Below, piece by piece: positions 39,459 to 51,169 of a stretch of 64,000 nucleotides of DNA. Origin of the DNA: Octopus vulgaris (Eukaryota); the NCBI GenBank assembly GCA_951406725.2, contig OX597814.1:65906001-65970000 (forward strand), written 5' to 3'. Position 1 is the first letter of the stretch. Each line of letters opens with the position of its first letter. The notes under the pieces were generated by a model. That model searched no databases. It saw only the letters and a list, made by a program, of their open reading frames with translations, and was not told the origin of the DNA. The translations under genes and the position numbers were made by a program.

Positions 39459-41461
39459 TTACTACAGGAGAGTTCTTGCTACTTGGAAGTCACGCCTTTC
39501 GACGTAAAATATTTAGCGTTTGAAGCTCGACTACAGGTAGGCGTTTGTTTTATTTTTGAGGGCTTAGTGGAGATTTATTGTTCTGTTATTAATAAGTTTT
39601 GTTGAGCAACAGCCCCCACTCTGCTCCAGATATTTGCCTGTCTGTGGTCGTGTGAAAAGACTCACCTTGCAGTGAGAATTGTGTTTTTGAGGAGGCGTAT
39701 CCCCTCCGCAAAACTTTTTTTGTGAAAATTGTATTTGTGTGACTGTGTTCGTGCCCTGGAAATTCCATTGGATTTACCACAAGCAAGGAATACGAAGGCA
39801 AGAAGGATTAATTTATGTGCTGCGACTGGAGTACCTGTTTTCTTGCGGATTACCGAAGTGGCGGAATTGTGTTGCGTGAAATGAACTGCCTTCTTTCGTT
39901 CTTTTTCTCTGTTCTGTCTTCTGTTCTTTTTTTTTAGTGTTTTTATTGAACATTTACTTATTAAACTTTCTGTTGAACTCTTTTCCCTTCTTTGTTTTTG
40001 CAATCATGGCAACAAAGAAAACCACTGTACTGGAGTGGGAAATTTTTTCCCCTAAGCAATGAATAAAGTACCGTAATGAGAGAATGGTGTTGTTGAGGAC
40101 ATACTCCAAGTCCGTCGGCACCATCAGTGTGTTCCCTCAAGTAGAAATAGAAAAAGAGTTGACAGAATCAAGTTTATTGCAAGGGGTGTCAAATTTGCAA
40201 CAGTGTGGTTGATGTTTGACACCCCTGAGGAGTCTAGCATTTTCACTAGCCAACCCCTGGAAGGGGAAATAATTTTGTTTCTCCCCACATACCGTGGGAG
40301 AAAATTGATTTGAGCCTGGGTGTGTCGGCTGCCGCCCGGATTTGAAGCCGAGTGGATAGAAGACACTATCCGCCGGGGTCTGGGTAGCAGTGGAACCAGG
40401 CTCTTAAATGTTAGATTGCTTCCTGTGGCTGCTTGGGAGGGGTCGAAAGCAATTTTGACCCTATGGACCCAATCAGCCAAAGATCTGGTTTTTCCAGATT
40501 TCTTAAAGATGGCCAGTTCTAGGTATCCGGTTATTCTTGAGGAACGCTCCCCAAGTCTCCCCTGTACCTGGAATTGGGCCACATGAAGAGGAACTTCCCC
40601 AAGAACCAAGCAAAAGCACTGGAGCAGTTAATTGAAGAAGATCTCCCTGTCGCCCCAAGAGAGGCTCCTGATTATCTAACGGAGGGAGAGGAAGAAAGGA
40701 AAAGAAAGAAAGAAGGTGGGCAACAATGGTTGCCCACTGATGGATTCTGAGGCTGCGGGAGAGAGGGAGGGACTCCCGGGTAAGTTGGAGAAACCCCACC
40801 CTCCAGTCGAGAAGAGAAAAAAAAGAAGAAGAAAAAAAAATGGGACATCACTGGCAGTTGACGATCAACTGCCAGCATGCTCCGAAACTCAGTCGGTGGG
40901 AAGTGTGCCCCCGACAGAGGGAGCAGTGGCCCCTCCCAGAAGGAGGATAGATAAGTTTGTCATAATCTTTGAGAAGGGAGGGGCGATAGAAAGCTTCCTA
41001 AGGAAGCGAGAAGGTTGGACGGAGGAGCCCTTAGCCTGGACCGAAAACCCGAATTGGCCTTCGTAGGTGACTGCGAAGGTCATATCAGAGGTCAGCATGT
41101 CCATAGTGTTGGGCTCCTTTACGAAGTACTTGTTTAGAGTCGATTTTTGGGACCCCAACCGGGATCCGAAGCAGTAACTATGGGCAGCTCACAGCCTGGT
41201 CGGGAGCCAAGAAGAATAGGCTTAGCGCCGACATATGTAAATTTTATATTTCTAGATTAATATTGTTGTCATTTTTGTAAGAGGTTCATTGCCTCATGTA
41301 ATGATTTATTAAAGAACAATGTTATAGAGAAGCAGAGGGTCGGCGAGCGCTTTCTGTCTTCTCTCATCCTTGTATCATTATCATTCATTTCATTAATGTC
41401 TTGTCTAACCCGCAAAGGTACCTAATCTATGTACTGTCTTGATGACAAATTTAATGAAATA
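39459..41461 (+). mobile_element. ORF1-only (HAL1-like) L1/Tx1-type non-LTR element
   Basis: 16-bp TSD AAGTAGCTTGC[C/T]TACC at 39443-39458 and 41462-41477; about 550-nt 5' UTR, one disrupted ORF, 3' UTR ending in AATAA; no RT or endonuclease motifs seen. Confidence 0.7.
40006..41177 (+). pseudogene. L1/Tx1-like ORF1 (RNA-binding, decayed zinc knuckle), disrupted
   Basis: MATKKTTVLEW.., RRM-like VCRLPPGFEAEWIE, YPVILEERSP then LELGHMKRN (CCHC remnant), basic KRKKRRRKK tract; stops and frameshifts. Confidence 0.6.
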
Positions 41462-41913
41462 AAGTAGCTTGCTTACCAAGCACATGGTTACGGATTCAGT
41501 GACACCTTGGGAAAGTGTCTTCTTCTAAAGCCTCGGGCCGACCAAAGCCTTGTGAGTGGATTTGGTAAACGGAAACTGAAAGAAGCCCATCGTGTGTGTG
41601 TGTATGTTTGTGTGTCTGTGTTTGTCCTCCAACATCGCGTGACAACCGATGCTGGTGTGTTTACGTCCTCGTAACTTAGCTGTTCGGCAAAAGAAACCGA
41701 TAGAATAAATACTAGGCTTACAAAGAATAAGTCCTGGGGTCGATTTGTTCGACTAAAGGCTATGCTCTAGCATAGCCTCGGTCAAATGACTAAAACAATT
41801 AAAAGAATATATGTGTATATATAAAATGTATGTATATACATATATACATATATATTTATATATATTATATATGTATGTATATATGTATATATATATGTGT
41901 GTGTGTGTATTTT

Positions 41914-41948
<35 letters not shown>

Positions 41949-42358
41949 ATGTATATAGGTATGTATGTATGTATATATGCATGTATATGCATATGTACGT
42001 GCATACAATTATAAATTCAAGGTTTTGAATTTTAATTTCCCTAATATATTTCTTTCTCTTTTACTGTTAGTAAAAATAAAGACCAGTCTATAAATAAATT
42101 AGGTTCACCTCTACACATTTCCACCTCCCCTTCTCTCTCTAGATCTTTTTATCATTTCTGTTGCCCTACCTCTAAATTTCGCCCACTGTCAATCTTCAAC
42201 TTCCGTTATGGGTAAAATTTGCCAATTATGGTTCATCATATAACGGATATACACACTCAATTACAACCACTACAATTTGTAAAATGGGCTCCGTTTTTTT
42301 TTATACCATTAACGGTTAGACTATTGCATATATTTCTATACACACAGCCACACAGACA

Positions 42359-42410
<52 letters not shown>

Positions 42411-42500
42411 CACACACATACACGTTACGCGCAAATGCATATATATTTGCGTGTATACATGTAAATTTGTGCGTGTATATATATATATATTTATATATAG

Positions 42501-42920
42501 AGTGGTTGTATACTGTCAATTTAATGTGACAGTCCCGTATGGGAAATACATCACCGCTGTTTAGCCCTAGGAAACATCGACATCTCCTGTCAGATTTGAC
42601 ACATTTTCTGTGTCCTTATATTTGTGAAGGGGAGGCAAGCACCCCTACCAGCCAAGATTCACACCTGAGGACATGCATGTTTCTGGGTCTTAACCCGTCA
42701 TCAGCCCAGGATAGTGAGATCTGCTGATTGAGGTGCCTTCACAAATATAAGGACACAGAAAATGTGTCAAAGCCGACAGGAAGCGTTCGATGCTTCCTAG
42801 GGCTAAACAGCGGTGGGGTAATTCCTATACGGGACTGTTACGTTAAGTTGACAGTATACAACCACTCTATCGCTCCACCACCGCTCATGTCTCTTTGAGA
42901 CATTTAGAAATTTAATATTC

Positions 42921-42925
<5 letters not shown>
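42501..42925. mobile_element. Fold-back PLE-type element, second member of the 26873 family
   Basis: Arms about 42501-42630 and 42736-42866; tail CGCTCATGTCTCTTTGAGACATTTAGAAATTTAAT resembles 27379-27415. Confidence 0.85.
42664..42710 (-). ncRNA. Minimal type I hammerhead ribozyme
   Basis: Minus strand: cctggg CTGATGA cgggttaagaccca GAAA catgcatg TC ctcagg. Confidence 0.83.
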
Positions 42926-42965
<40 letters not shown>

Positions 42966-42967
<2 letters not shown>

Positions 42968-43620
42968 CAGACAACGTATCAACAGGTCGAATGGTGATCG
43001 GCAGTGAGGAAATAGAGGAGATAAAAGAATATGTCTACCCTGGACAGGAAGTGAATATGTGCCGAGATATCGAAAAGGAGATCTCACGGAGAGTAAGGGC
43101 CGGATCTAAGGTGTTTAATGGCATAAGGGATGTGTTCAAGTGAGGGTTGGACAGGACCACCCGCGCCAACCTCATCAACAGTACAGTTCTACCTGCAATG
43201 TTATATAGTAGTGAAAGAGAGAAGAGCAGAGACTGGTAACGGCTCAAAGAGCCATGGAAAGTTCATTGCTTCGTATCTCGTTGAGAGAGCACATCAGTAG
43301 CGAGATCATCAGAAAGAAGTCCGGCGTGAGAGATGTCATCGCAGATTATACACGCAGCAAGTTTAGATGGGCTGGACACGTCGTCCGGCTCACTGATAAT
43401 CGGTGGACCCGCGCAGTTATCGAGTGGTACCCGCGCGAGCGGAAACGACCACCCGGAAGGCCACCACGGCGGTGAATTTACGGTTTCAGGAGGACGATTG
43501 AGATCACGTGGATGAGAAAGGCGCGATCCAGAGAGGAGTGGACAGCGTGCTGTGACCGGCGGTGTCAAATGAACACCTGACGAACTGGTCGGTCAAAGTG
43601 ATCAAGGTGATCAAGGTGAT
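42966..43620 (+). mobile_element. RTE-clade LINE, 3' end
   Basis: YVYPGQEV..EISRRVRAG..VLPAMLYSSE..QRAMESSLLRISL..FRWAGHVVR..KRPPGRPPRR; (GTGATCAAG)n tail. Confidence 0.92.
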
Positions 43621-43737
43621 ATATATATATATATTTTTTTTTTCCTAGTTTCAGCTCAGAGCTGCGGCCATGCTGATGCACGTCCGTTTATATATATAAT
43701 ATATTTTTATTCATATATATATTTATATATATGTATT

Positions 43738-43786
<49 letters not shown>

Positions 43787-44234
43787 CTGTGTATGTATGT
43801 ATATACTTGTGTGTGTATATATATATATGCATATATATTATATATATATACACACATACATATATATATATATATAGACATATATATGCATATACATACA
43901 TATATATATACACACATACATACATGTATAGACATATATATATATACACATATGTATACATATATATACATATGTATATATAGATAGATATAGATATATG
44001 CATACATGCATACATGTATACATTAATAGATAGGGATTGCAACACAGTCTCTCAGCCGCTTTCTCACTCATTCTCTCATTCCAACATGCCTGACACATAA
44101 TACTACTAACATAATACACACAAAACTATTAACTGAAAGACCAAAAATTATGCACATATAAATATAGAAACACTTGTTCACTCGTTCGTTATCATTATCC
44201 GAATGCTAATAGTAATAATAATAATGTCAAATTT

Positions 44235-44632
44235 GGGCACAAGGCCGGCAATCTTGGCGCAAGCGACAAGTCGATTACATTGACCTCAGTGTTACTTAAC
44301 TCCGACTTATTTTATGGATCCTGAAAAGATGAAAAGTTATGTCGAGCTCAGAACTAACAGACGGACTGTTAGTGCTGCTAAACATTTTACCCGGCGTGCT
44401 AACCCTCCGGCGAGCTTGCTGCTTTGCTAACTACAGCAACAAAAAGAATAATAATAATCCTTTCTACTATAAGCACAAGGGCTGAAATTGGAGGGAAAGA
44501 AAAAGTCGATTATATCGACCCCAGTACTCAACTGGTACTTAATTTATCGACCCCGAAAGGATGAAAGGCAAAGTCTATATTGAATTCAGAGCATGAAGAC
44601 AGACGTATCAACGATTCTACCAGCCCGCCGGC
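44235..44632 (-). mobile_element. Two adjacent degenerate SINE family B copies
   Basis: About 44235-44422 and 44470-44632; both carry GCACAAGG..GTCGATTA..CCCGAAAGGATGAAAG-like motifs. Confidence 0.7.
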
Positions 44633-44637
44633 TTAAA

Positions 44638-44639
<2 letters not shown>

Positions 44640-44715
<76 letters not shown>

Positions 44716-45092
44716 AAGATGCCATCAAAGTTACACTGGTATAAAATATACGAAGCCCAGTATACCAGTAATCACGATGGGTATACTTTGAAATCAGAGC
44801 GGGAAATATACATTTTTGTTCGAAGAAGAAGAAGAAGAAGAAGAAGGAGGAGGAGGAGGAGGAGGAGGAGAAGAAGAAGAAGAAGAAGAAGAAGAAGAAG
44901 AAGAAGAAGAAGAGAAGAAGAAGAAGAAGAAGAAGAAGAAGAAGGAGAAGAAGGAGGAGGAGGAGGAGGAGAAGAAGAGAAGAAGAAGAAGAATACGAAG
45001 AAGACGAAGAAGAAGAAGGAGAAGAAGGAGGAGGAGGAGAAGAAGAAGAAGAAGAAGAGAAGAAGAAGAAGAAGAAGAAGAAGAAGAAGAAG
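44640..45092. repeat. (TAG)n at 44640-44713 and (GAA/GGA)n at 44822-45092
   Basis: Directly visible; explains the poly-E/R/K/S/L pseudo-ORFs. Confidence 0.95.
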
Positions 45093-45649
45093 AGTCGGTA
45101 AAGATAGATGAGATTACCTCCATAGCTAGTTTTTTTTTTGTGGCGGGGTGAATTGAAAAATTTGTTGTGGACCATCGGTTTGCGGATATTATTCTTTCCT
45201 GAAGGCTGTTAATGGAAGTGCTTCTAAGCCGAAGCTCTTTTCCCCATAGGTTATTCAACAGAAAGCACGGCATATTCAGTCAGGGATGTGCACTGTGACA
45301 AAAGATGGCAACTGACGTCCTCCTGCTGATACTCCCTGCTTGTCACCAATCATTGTTGCCGACTTACTTGATCGTTACCTGAGATGTTTTATGTTCGAAA
45401 AATTGTTCGTTAGCCGATTTTTTGTAATGAGAGACGTTCATAATCCGAGGTTCTACTATATGTATCTATAATGGCCAGTAAATTAAGAGTTGTAGAGTGA
45501 CTGAGGGATAAGGAGAAAAGTAAGACAGAGACACATGGGGAGAACAATATAGACACACTTATAAACATGATATATATATTGTTTCTAAAATATATACATA
45601 TACGTATGGGGAATGTATCTCTATACAATAATAGCTGATGTAAAGGTTC

Positions 45650-45914
45650 GTTGGCTGGCTGGTTGGTTGGTTGATTGATTGGTTGGCTGGTGGGTTGGAT
45701 GGTTGGTTGGTTTGTTGTTTGTTTGTTTGTTTGTTTGATTGGTTGGTTGGTTGGCTGGTTGGATATTGGTTGGCTGGTTGGTTTGTTTGTTTGTTGGTTG
45801 GTTGGGTGGATGGTTGGTTGGTTGGTTGGTTGGTTGGCTAGCTCGCTGGCTGGTTGGTTGGTTGGTTGGTTGGTTGGTTGGATAATTGATTGTTGGCTGG
45901 TTGGTTGGTTGGTT
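45650..45914. repeat. Degenerate (GGTT)n microsatellite
   Basis: Directly visible. Confidence 0.92.
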
Positions 45915-45994
45915 GAAAGAGGTATACAAACGAGAATTTTCTTTTACTTGATTTTAAGATGATCTTTTATTTTTAATACTTTCTGTCATTAGAA

Positions 45995-46600
45995 TGCGAC
46001 CATGCTGAGGCACTGCCTTGAGGAATTGTTTGTCGAATGAATCGACCACAGTATGATTTTTGTAAGCCTAGTATTTATTCAATTGGTCTCTTCTGTCGAA
46101 ACGCTAGTTCACCGGAAAGTAAACACATCAACACCACTAGTCAAGCGGTGGTGGAGGATAACCACAGACACACATGCATACAAACACACACACACACACA
46201 CATACATACACATGTATATATATATATATATATATATAGGCGCAGGAGTGGCTGTGTGGTAAGTAGCTTGCTAACCAACCACATGGTTCCGGGTTCAGTC
46301 CCACTGCGTGGCATCTTGGGCAAATGTCTTCTGCTATAGCCCCGGGCCGACTAATGCCTTGTGAGTGGATTTGGTAGACGGAAACTGAAAGAAGCCTGTC
46401 GTATATATGTATATATATATATGTATGTGCTGTGTTTATGTCCCCGTCACTTAGCGGTTCGGCAAAAGAGACCGATAGAATAAGTACTGGGCTTACAAAG
46501 AATAAGTCCCGGGGTCGACTTTCCTCGACTAAAGGCGGTGCTCCAGCATGGCCGCAGTCAATATGACTGAAACAAGTAAAAGAGTAAAGAGTAAAAGAGT
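45995..46600. mobile_element. SINE family A pair: degenerate minus-strand 3' half (45995-46180) and plus-strand copy (46239-46600)
   Basis: 46239 GGCGCAGGAGTGGCTG ... AAGAGTAAAAGAGT tail. Confidence 0.88.
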
Positions 46601-46737
46601 ATATATATACATACATTTATTTATATATTACATACACATATATATAATAATATGAATAATATATCTATGCATATATACATACGTATATGTACATACATCC
46701 ATACGTGTGTATGTATATATATATATATATATATATA

Positions 46738-47136
46738 GGGGTAAAATATGAAAAATCAACGAAAATGCATATTGCAAATAGAAAAAGGCTGTTTATGACA
46801 GGTTGTGACAAATATATACATTTAGATTGACTGAAGTAGTAATACGAGTCATAAAAGCCATTATTATGAGATGATAATAAAGTAAGAGAATAAAACGAAC
46901 CAGTGGTTTACGCCGCGAAGGCTATTCATCGTTTGAACAACACCGGTTAATATCATCTCATAATAATGGCTTTTATGACTCGTATTACTACTTCAGTCAA
47001 TCTAAATGTATATATTTATCACTACCTGTCATGAACAGCCTTTTGCTATTTGCAATATGCATTTTCGTTAATTTTTCATATTTTACCCATACATTTCCAC
47101 GTGAATTTTATATTTTCTTCTCGTAACATATTTCTA

Positions 47137-47140
<4 letters not shown>
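46738..47140. mobile_element. Fold-back pLTR element (138-bp arms) related to the PLE 3' end at 3520-3720
   Basis: 46738-46875 is the reverse complement of 46951-47088; the spacer holds a decayed HHR-like string; flanked by (TA)n. Confidence 0.8.
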
Positions 47141-47186
<46 letters not shown>

Positions 47187-47276
47187 ATAAAACAGTAAGA
47201 TAACAAAAGAAAGAAAGAGACCTCAATATTATGTAACTAGAGGAAATTTATCTATACAATATGTTACATTACTCGG

Positions 47277-47350
47277 TAGTCAAGATAAAACTCTGAGTTT
47301 CAGATGCCGAAGTTGAAATCCACAACACCATCTCTTCGGTTATCTGGCTA
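47277..47350 (-). ncRNA. Hammerhead motif, CCGAAGA variant (copy 1)
   Basis: Minus strand: agataa CCGAAGA gatg...catc t GAAA ctcagag TT ttatct. Confidence 0.72.
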
Positions 47351-47539
47351 TTTGAAAACGTTATGAAAAAATACCGTTAAATAAAGGGAAATTACTCTGT
47401 TATAACTCTGCTTTGCCTGCGTACTTATACATCGCTCGCATTTTTCGTCATAAAAATTATATAAAAATACATAAAAAATATATAAAAAATATATAAAAAT
47501 ATATAAATTCTTCTTGGGACATAACATAGAAAGCATGTT

Positions 47540-48430
47540 CTATCTGTTTTCTTTAGGGGACCAAAAACGTAACAGAAACTTAGTCACATGTGGGCATGAT
47601 CCGAAAAGCTCTGTCCTTGTATTTAGACATGTAGTAGGGTCTAAGCTGCTTTTCCAGATAAGCCATCTCTCCATGTCGCATAGACCGCACCTTCCGCTGC
47701 CGTTAGTATAGGGCTTACATCTGGCCAAAATCTTCCATTGCATGTTATAATCGACACCTTTATCTCTTAAAGACCAAATATGATTAGACAATTGTGTCGC
47801 TTTTCTTTTGTTCCAGTGCCTAAAGCTCAAAGTGTGGTTATTGAACCTGGCCTTGAAATTACCCTCTGTAAGGCCCACGTATTTCTTCGTCGAAACGGTG
47901 TCTTTAGTGGTTATAGAGTTTACGGTAGCTTCATATATGATGGTCTTGGACATGCAAGCTCCCTTTAGCGGGCACAATTCTTTATTCCTGCATGAACAGC
48001 TGTTTTCTTCTTGTGTTTTTTGTATGTTATGTTTGATTATGTTTTTAAAATTGGTAGTTGAACTAAAACTAATTTTTAAATTGTGTCTATTGAAGTGTTT
48101 CCTATAAGTATGGTTAACTGGAAAATGTCTCTCTATCAGTGCTAGGAAATATTTACCTATATTGAAGGCCACCTCGGGTGAGTAAGGGGGCGTAAACCAG
48201 ATGACCTTCCTATTTCTATTATTCCTTTTCTTTACTGTTGGGCTAGTGATAGGTGTATATTTTATTTTATCGCTAAAACCACTATCTTTTAAAGCATTAT
48301 TATAAACTGGGGCAACGCTATTGAAGATGTCCTCATCAGATGAGAGGCTAGAAATCCTCTTACTAATATTTTTAACTAAATTTTTGAATACTATAGGGGG
48401 ATAGCCGGAACGATGCGGGAAAGTACAAAC
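47540..48430 (-). pseudogene. 5'-truncated PLE ORF (thumb/linker + GIY-YIG), still open
   Basis: HRSGYPP..ISKRISSLSSDE..NRKVIWFTPPYS..CSCRNKELCPLKGAC..IIYEATV..YVGLTEGNFKARFNNH..CGLCDMER. Confidence 0.88.
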
Positions 48431-48500
48431 AACATACATGCATACATACATACAAATATATATATATATATATATCTATACAATATGTTACATTACTCGG

Positions 48501-48574
48501 TAGTCAAGATAAAACTCTGAGTTTCAGATGCCGAAGTGGAAATCCACAACACCATCTCTTCGGTTATCTGGCTA
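48501..48574 (-). ncRNA. Hammerhead motif, CCGAAGA variant (copy 2)
   Basis: Near-identical to 47277-47350. Confidence 0.72.
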
Positions 48575-48873
48575 TTTGAAAACGTTATGAAAAAATACCG
48601 TTAAAAATGAAGGGAAATTACTCTGTTATAACTCTGCTTTGCCTGCGTACTTATACATCACTCGCATTTTTCGTCATAAAAATTATATAAAAATACATAA
48701 AAATATATAAAAATATATAAAAATATATAAAATCTTCTTGGGACATAACACAGAAAGCATGTTCTATCCGTTTTCTTTAGGGGACCAAAAACGTAACAGA
48801 AATTTAGTCACATGTGGGCATGATCCGAAAAGCTCTGTCCTTGTATTTAGACATGTGGTAGGGTCTAACATAA

Positions 48874-49427
48874 TCAATAGACACAATTTAAAAATTAGTT
48901 TTAGTTCAACTACCAATTTTAAAAACATAATCAATCATAACATACAAAAAACACAAGAAGAAAACAGCTGTTCATGCAGGAATAAAGAATTGTGCCCGCT
49001 AAATGGAGCTTGCATGTCCAAGACCATCATATATGAAGCTACCGTAAACTCTATAACCACTAAAGACACCGTTTCGACGAAGAAATACATGGGCCTGACA
49101 GAGGGTAATTTCAAGGCCAGGTTCAATAACCACACTTTGAGCTTTAGGCACTGGAACAAAAGAAAAGCGACACAATTATCCAATCATATTTGGTCTTTAA
49201 GAGATAAAGGTGTCGATTATAACATACAATGGAAGATTTTGGCCAGATGTAAGCCCTACACTAACGGCAGCGGAAGGTGCGGTTTATGCGACATGGAGAG
49301 ATGGCTTATCTGGAAAAGCAGCTTAGACCCTACCACATGTCTAAATACAAGGACAGAGCTTTTCGGATCATGCCCACATGTGAATAAATTTCTGTTACGT
49401 TTTTGGTCCCCTAAAGAAAACGGATAG
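48874..49427 (+). pseudogene. Inverted duplicate of the PLE GIY-YIG region
   Basis: NRHNLKISFS..YMGLTEGNFKARF..WSPKENG; near-identical to the minus-strand copy. Confidence 0.88.
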
Positions 49428-49616
49428 AACATGCTTTCTGTGTTATGTCCCAAGAAGATTTTATATATTTTTATATATATTTATATATTTTTATGTATTT
49501 TTATATAATTTTTATGACGAAAAATGCGAGCGATGTATAAGTACGCAGGCAAAGCAGAGTTATAACAGAGTAATTTTCCTTCATTCTTAACGGTATTTTT
49601 TCATAACGTTTTCAAA

Positions 49617-49690
49617 TAGCCAGATAACCGAAGAGATGGTGTTGTGGATTTCCACTTCGGCATCTGAAACTCAGAGTTTTATCTTGACTA
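49617..49690 (+). ncRNA. Hammerhead motif, CCGAAGA variant (copy 3, opposite strand)
   Basis: tagccagataa CCGAAGA gatggtgttgtggatttccacttcggcatct GAAA ctcagag TT ttatcttgacta. Confidence 0.72.
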
Positions 49691-49953
49691 CCGAGTAATG
49701 TAACATATTGTATAGATAAATTTCCTCTATTTACATAATATTGAGGTCTCTTTCTTTCTTTTGTTATCTTACCGTTTTATCAATATATATATATATATAT
49801 ATATATTATATTAAATTAGAGATAAAACCACTATTAGGCAAATCAAACAGTGAAAAACATAAGCCAATACATAAAATTAATTTTAAAATATAAAAGTTAA
49901 AAATAAAAAATTATTTAAATAATTTAAACTTATAAATTTTATATATATATACA

Positions 49954-49990
<37 letters not shown>

Positions 49991-50224
49991 ATTTTTATAT
50001 TTATATATTATTTTATACGCGATGGTCTTTTTTCAGTTTTCATCAACCACATACACAAGGCTTTCGTCGGCCCGGTGCTATAGTAGGATACACTTGCCCA
50101 AAGTGTCACTGGGCCTATGCGAAGGCGAAGCAAGCTTCTTGCAACACAGTCACACCTATGCCTATACAATTAATTTTCTCTCGAAAATTAGTATTCATTT
50201 CAATATTTTGTATAAGCTCCAGAA

Positions 50225-50809
50225 AAAATTTTGATCAAAGTTAAATAATGATTATTGTTCGTATACCAAGTCTTTAATATTATCCATAGTGGCAAAAGTT
50301 TACGTCCTTTATCAGGTAAACACCCAGGTGTCTCTCGTATTTTCCTTTTACTCTCAGTTTCAACTATTCACCTACATGTTTCTCTCTTCCTCATGATAAG
50401 TCACATTCAGTATAGCCCAGTTTTTCTCCATTAACTGCTACATTGTCATGTTTTCAAGTACGTTTCCAACTTACATTTTCCTTGGAAAATATAATCCAGT
50501 CGAAGAATACCCGCATGCATTTTCTTCCAAGATTGTAACGATACTTAGTTTCCTCTCAGTCATAAATTTTCACATACTAGCATACTTCTGCACTCGTTGC
50601 ATATGTACATCCTCAAAATAAATCAACATATACACAGAGGCACCAATAATATTTTCGTGTACACGTACGCGTGATTTCAGTCACGTATACACCCTGCCCA
50701 CACAGACGTATACATAGCTTCACATAGATGCATAGGCGCATACACTTACGTAGTCACATACACATGTATGTACGTGTGTGTGATGTGTGTAAATATATAA
50801 ATATATGTG

Positions 50810-50879
<70 letters not shown>

Positions 50880-51128
50880 AAAACACCTTTTATCAATTCA
50901 AAATGAATAATTAAATTACACCATCTAGAAAATTACATATAATAGAAAAGTTAAAATTAAAATAACAATAAAATGTTAAGTAAATATAATAGGTAGAAAA
51001 ACGACACGTGATTCGCTGCTATATTTAAGAAATGATTATATTAGTAGAGAAATCACTTCGATATAAATATAGTCGTTTATCAGGTTAAAAATAAAATAGA
51101 ACAATAAAATAATTAATTCATAAATATA

Positions 51129-51169
<41 letters not shown>

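Larger units (their letters stand above)
39421..41806 (+). mobile_element. SINE family A split by a 2-kb insertion
   Basis: Head at 39421-39458; the remainder resumes at 41462. Confidence 0.85.
47184..49783. mobile_element. Young PLE insertion with tandem and inverted pLTRs
   Basis: pLTR + ORF 3' part (47184-48430, minus); second partial pLTR (48473-48868, minus); inverted copy (48874-49783, plus); (TA)n on both sides. Confidence 0.9.

Noticed and set aside
44633-45273. Poly-R/E/K/S/L/F ORFs
   Set aside because: Artefacts of (GAA)n and (TAG)n repeats.
45650-45914. Telomeric repeat
   Set aside because: The unit is GGTT, not TTAGGG.
46239-46310. tRNA gene
   Set aside because: The A/B boxes belong to a multi-copy SINE head; there is no complete cloverleaf.
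48738-49427. 229-aa ORF as a stand-alone GIY-YIG gene
   Set aside because: The N-terminus is antisense PLE sequence joined at an inversion junction; there is no authentic start.
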